Below, one piece after another: positions 60,598 through 64,000 of a DNA stretch of 64,000 nucleotides. How positions within the stretch are numbered: position 1 is the stretch's first letter; each line of letters starts with the position of its first letter. Source of the stretch: Azolla caroliniana. Lineage: Eukaryota > Plantae > Polypodiophyta. Under the pieces are notes generated by a model that saw nothing but the letters and a program-made list of their open reading frames with translations, was not told the DNA's origin and ran no database searches. A program made the translations under genes and the position numbers. The DNA is taken from NCBI GenBank assembly GCA_043228905.1, contig JBHGNT010000009.1, positions 7,254,001-7,318,000 on the forward strand, read 5' to 3'.

Positions 60598-63500
60598 ATG
60601 AATACTCAAATGGGGAGCGCTCTCCCTACCGAGAAGTTGGATCGAAACAACTTCGCATCTTGGGAGTACAAGATGCATCAATACCTTGTCGGACAAGGCT
60701 ATTGGAGCTACATCAAAGGAGCGCATGAAGACCGACCCGCCGAAGCGGCTCCCGGATACACAACATGGGAGCAAGCCACAAGCCGCGTGATGTATTGTTT
60801 GGCAACATGTGTTCACAACCACATGCTCGGTTACATTCGAGAAGCCAAGACGCCGAAGGAAGCGTGGGAAAATCTACGAAAGATTTTCGCCGCCAACACG
60901 ACCGCGAGGAAGCTTCAACTCCACCAAGAGTTGAACAACATTCAACAAAGGGACATGTCCATCACGACATACACCTTGAAGATCAAGGAGCTTTGCGACT
61001 CGCTTGGCTCAATAAGCATAAGTATAGATGATGATGAGATGGTGCAAATATGCCTCGGCGGCCTCGCACCACGGTTCAGCGCGATGCGAACCGCTGTTCT
61101 AACACGGGAGAAATCTCCCTCCTTCTTCGAGCTCCAATCAATGCTATTGGTCGAAGAAAACCACGTGCGTACAAGGAGTAATGAGTCGGAAGGTCACATG
61201 CTCTACACGCACTCTAATGGAGGAAGAGGACGCGGACGAGCGAGAGGCCGATTCGGCCAAGGACAAGGCAGACGAGGTCCGACCTACGACAACAACTCCC
61301 AATTTCGGCCGCAAAACGGAGGCCAACGAGGAACCTTCGCAAGAAGGGGGAGCTTCCACTCCGGCCCCAGCCGTCAAAACACAACCGAATGTGGATATTG
61401 CGGAAAGCTCGGCCACCACGAAGACGAGTGCCGAAAGAAGATGCGTGAATCGGCTTCCACAAGCCGACAACTCATGAATTACGCACACAACTCCGACTAC
61501 GAAGATCGTGGTGGAATGTATGCGCACAACTCCGACCGTGGCGAAATGTACGGGCACAACTCCGACTACGAAGATCGTGGCGGAATGTATGCGCACAACT
61601 CCGACCGTGGCGAAATGTACGGGCACAACTCCGACTACGAAGATCGTGGCGGAATGTATGCGCACAACTCCGACCGTGGCGGAATGTTCATGATGAAACA
61701 TAGAGCAAACTCTATGTCGGCCGCTACCTCAACTAGTGCCTCCGGTCTGGAAGACGTATGGTTTGTTGACTCCGGAGCCTCAAACCATATGACATCCCAC
61801 AAAGAATGGTTTCTCGAACTTCGAGAGCCGGAGCGACCCGGTTATGTCGAAACCGGAGATGACACTACGCACCCGATTCGGCACATCGGCAACGTTCCGT
61901 TCGGCGAAAGAGGTAAACAAACATACATTAAAAATGTATTGCATGTACCCACCATCACAAAGAATTTGGTCTCAGTCGGCCAAATGATTGAGCAAGGGAT
62001 GCAAGTACGATTCGACCAAGAAGGGTGCTTCATCGAAAAAGAAGGCCGAATCATCGCACGTGGAAGAAGAGAGGCACGGATGTTCATTCTCGATTCGCAC
62101 GAGATGAAATCCGCCATGTTCGCGAAAAGCACAAAAGCCGACTCCGACATAGAGCTATGGCATAAGAGAATCGGCCACATCAATCTCAACAAACTCAAAG
62201 CAATGAAATCGAAAGGAGTCATCATCGGACTCCCGACATTCAAAGAGAAGGAGATTGAAGGTGTATGCGAAGCGTGCCAATTCGGCAAGCAACACCGACA
62301 CCCATTTCCGAAGGAGCGGAATGTGAGCAAAGGCGTACTCGACGTAATTCATTCCGATGTATGGGGTCCGGCTCAAACGGTGACATTCGGCGGATGCCGC
62401 TATTACGTGCTCTTCATCGACGACTTTTCTAGGCACACTTGGATCTACCCGATGCGGCAAAAGAGTGAAGTGTTCGGACACTTCCAAAATTTCAACAATG
62501 AAGTCGAGAAAGCCACGGGCCGACATGTACGATGCCTTCGATCGGATGGCGGCAAGGAGTACTTCTCGGACGATTTCACGGCGTATCTCCGAAAGGAAGG
62601 AATTCGGCGAGAATTCACTTGCCGACACACTCCGCCACAAAACGGAGTAGCCGAGCGCAAAAATCGGCACATCCTCGAAGTAGCACGGGCCATGATGAAC
62701 GAGAAGCATATGCCCAAGTCATATTGGGCCGAAGCGGCAAATACGACTGTCTACCTAATGAACCGGTGCACAACATCCGACGTGCACGAGGTCACTCTGC
62801 ACGAAAGATTCTTCGGAAAGAAGCCGAACCTATCGCATGTTCGGATATTCAGCTCCATTGCGTACGTGCACATCCCCGACGAGAAGTGTCAAAAGCTCGA
62901 CCCGAAGTCGGAGAAATGTATCCTCGTAGTATACTCACTGGAGCAAAAAGGGTACAAGTGCTACAACCCCTCAACTCGACAATCTCGAGTAAGTCGAGAC
63001 GTCGTCTTTGACGAGTCTGCATCCTGGTACGCACCAAAGACAACTTCGACTCCGACCCCGCTCGACCCGGAATCCACCGAACAAGAGATAGAGGATGAAG
63101 ATCACCTTACGCTCATGTTCGAAGAAAGTCCGATCACGACCCGACTGAGCGGACCAGAAGAGCCTTTGAGCGATCAAAGCACATCACCGCCTAGCCCGAA
63201 GATGGACAAAGGCAAGGCGAAATTGGCGGAATACGAAGACAATCGCTTCACCAATGATGAGTCAAGTCACTCACTCGAGAGTGAGTTTGGCGGTTTCAAG
63301 GTACCAATCGGAGCAAAGAAAGCCCTCATCTCTGCAAATGAAAAGCTTCGCCGATCCACTCGTGAAAAGAACCCCGTAAATCGATTCGGCTACAACGATT
63401 ACATGGCATACCATTACGCCTTTATGATGAAGGTAGCAACAGTACGGGAGCCGGAAACCTTTTCGGAAGCCGCGAAGGACCCGCGATGGATCGAAGCAAT

Positions 63501-64000
63501 GAACGAGGAGATGCAGGCACTACGGAAGAACGAGACGTGGGATCTCGTTCCCACCTCACCACACAAAAAGGCAATTGGATGCAGATGGATCTACAAGGTG
63601 AAGTATAACGCCAATGGTTCCGTCAACCGCTACAAAGCTCGACTCGTAGCGAAAGGATACGCTCATACACATGGCGTCGACTACGAAGAAACCTTTGCCC
63701 CGGTGGCAAAGATGACGACGGTGCGGACCGTAATTGCGATTGCCGCGGCGAAAGGGTGGCACCTCCATCAAATGGACATCAAGAACACCTTTCTACAAGG
63801 CGAATTAGAAGAGGAGGTGTACATGATACAACCACCCGGCTTCAACTCGAGCACCCATCCGAAAGTTGTATGCCGACTCAAGAAGCCACTCTACGGCCTC
63901 AAGCAAGCACCACGTGCTTGGCACTCGAAGATAATGCAATATCTTCATCAAATCGGCTTCCGTATGTCAAAATCAGACAACTCCCTCTACATACGAAGCG
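60598..64000 (+). CDS. K Gag-Pol polyprotein, partial (open to window end, so missing from the ORF track)
   Basis: Frame from MNTQMGSALPTEKLDR with CGYCGKLGH, WFVDSGASNHMT, LWHKRIGH, IHSDVWG, QNGVAERKNR, MDIKNTFL, LYGLKQAPRAW; no stop seen in the parts translated. Confidence 0.92.
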   Translation, partial: MNTQMGSALPTEKLDRNNFASWEYKMHQYLVGQGYWSYIKGAHEDRPAEAAPGYTTWEQATSRVMYCLATCVHNHMLGYIREAKTPKEAWENLRKIFAANTTARKLQLHQELNNIQQRDMSITTYTLKIKELCDSLGSISISIDDDEMVQICLGGLAPRFSAMRTAVLTREKSPSFFELQSMLLVEENHVRTRSNESEGHMLYTHSNGGRGRGRARGRFGQGQGRRGPTYDNNSQFRPQNGGQRGTFARRGSFHSGPSRQNTTECGYCGKLGHHEDECRKKMRESASTSRQLMNYAHNSDYEDRGGMYAHNSDRGEMYGHNSDYEDRGGMYAHNSDRGEMYGHNSDYEDRGGMYAHNSDRGGMFMMKHRANSMSAATSTSASGLEDVWFVDSGASNHMTSHKEWFLELREPERPGYVETGDDTTHPIRHIGNVPFGERGKQTYIKNVLHVPTITKNLVSVGQMIEQGMQVRFDQEGCFIEKEGRIIARGRREARMFILDSHEMKSAMFAKSTKADSDIELWHKRIGHINLNKLKAMKSKGVIIGLPTFKEKEIEGVCEACQFGKQHRHPFPKERNVSKGVLDVIHSDVWGPAQTVTFGGCRYYVLFIDDFSRHTWIYPMRQKSEVFGHFQNFNNEVEKATGRHVRCLRSDGGKEYFSDDFTAYLRKEGIRREFTCRHTPPQNGVAERKNRHILEVARAMMNEKHMPKSYWAEAANTTVYLMNRCTTSDVHEVTLHERFFGKKPNLSHVRIFSSIAYVHIPDEKCQKLDPKSEKCILVVYSLEQKGYKCYNPSTRQSRVSRDVVFDESASWYAPKTTSTPTPLDPESTEQEIEDEDHLTLMFEESPITTRLSGPEEPLSDQSTSPPSPKMDKGKAKLAEYEDNRFTNDESSHSLESEFGGFKVPIGAKKALISANEKLRRSTREKNPVNRFGYNDYMAYHYAFMMKVATVREPETFSEAAKDPRWIEAMNEEMQALRKNETWDLVPTSPHKKAIGCRWIYKVKYNANGSVNRYKARLVAKGYAHTHGVDYEETFAPVAKMTTVRTVIAIAAAKGWHLHQMDIKNTFLQGELEEEVYMIQPPGFNSSTHPKVVCRLKKPLYGLKQAPRAWHSKIMQYLHQIGFRMSKSDNSLYIRS
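61480..61686 (+). repeat. In-frame 69-bp (39+30) x3 tandem repeat between the K zinc knuckle and protease
   Basis: Encodes (YAHNSDYEDRGGM YAHNSDRGEM) x3 with minor variants. Confidence 0.95.

Larger units (their letters stand above)
60046..64000 (+). mobile_element. Element K: Ty1/Copia of the C family, 5' part, runs off the window
   Basis: LTR 60046-60438 (TGTTGAGAATC...TCTTTACA) with a (CT)n tract; PBS tggtatcagagc at 60439-60450. Confidence 0.96.

Overview
Eukaryotic, plant-type intergenic DNA made almost entirely of nested retrotransposons. A fern or other non-seed plant is my inference from the PLS-type PPR relic and the element types. No intact host gene is evident. Reading LTR termini, primer-binding sites (PBS), polypurine tracts (PPT) and target-site duplications (TSD) resolves about 13 LTR elements or relics, one 5'-truncated LINE and one 2.2-kb non-coding insertion, nested up to five deep: Copia C > Copia D > gag-only element F > Gypsy G > Copia I. 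Long open polyprotein ORFs remain in two Tnt1-like Copias (E and I), in Copia K (runs off the window) and in Gypsy G (gag-pro split by I, pol intact). The most notable system is a tRNA-Trp-primed Gypsy group with 4-bp NCGT TSDs. It has an autonomous member, G, with a candidate -1 frameshift signal between protease and RT (G GAT TTT plus an H-type pseudoknot). It also has two pol-less, gag-only partners, F and H, which share G's PBS, LTR termini and pre-PPT hairpin and sit side by side in the same 4-bp target site. Other oddities are a conserved ~200-aa extension after RNase H in one Copia lineage, a regularly spaced palindrome array in a chromovirus leader, and repeat-number variation between the LTRs of one young element. 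All alignments and counts were done by eye; lineage names need database confirmation.
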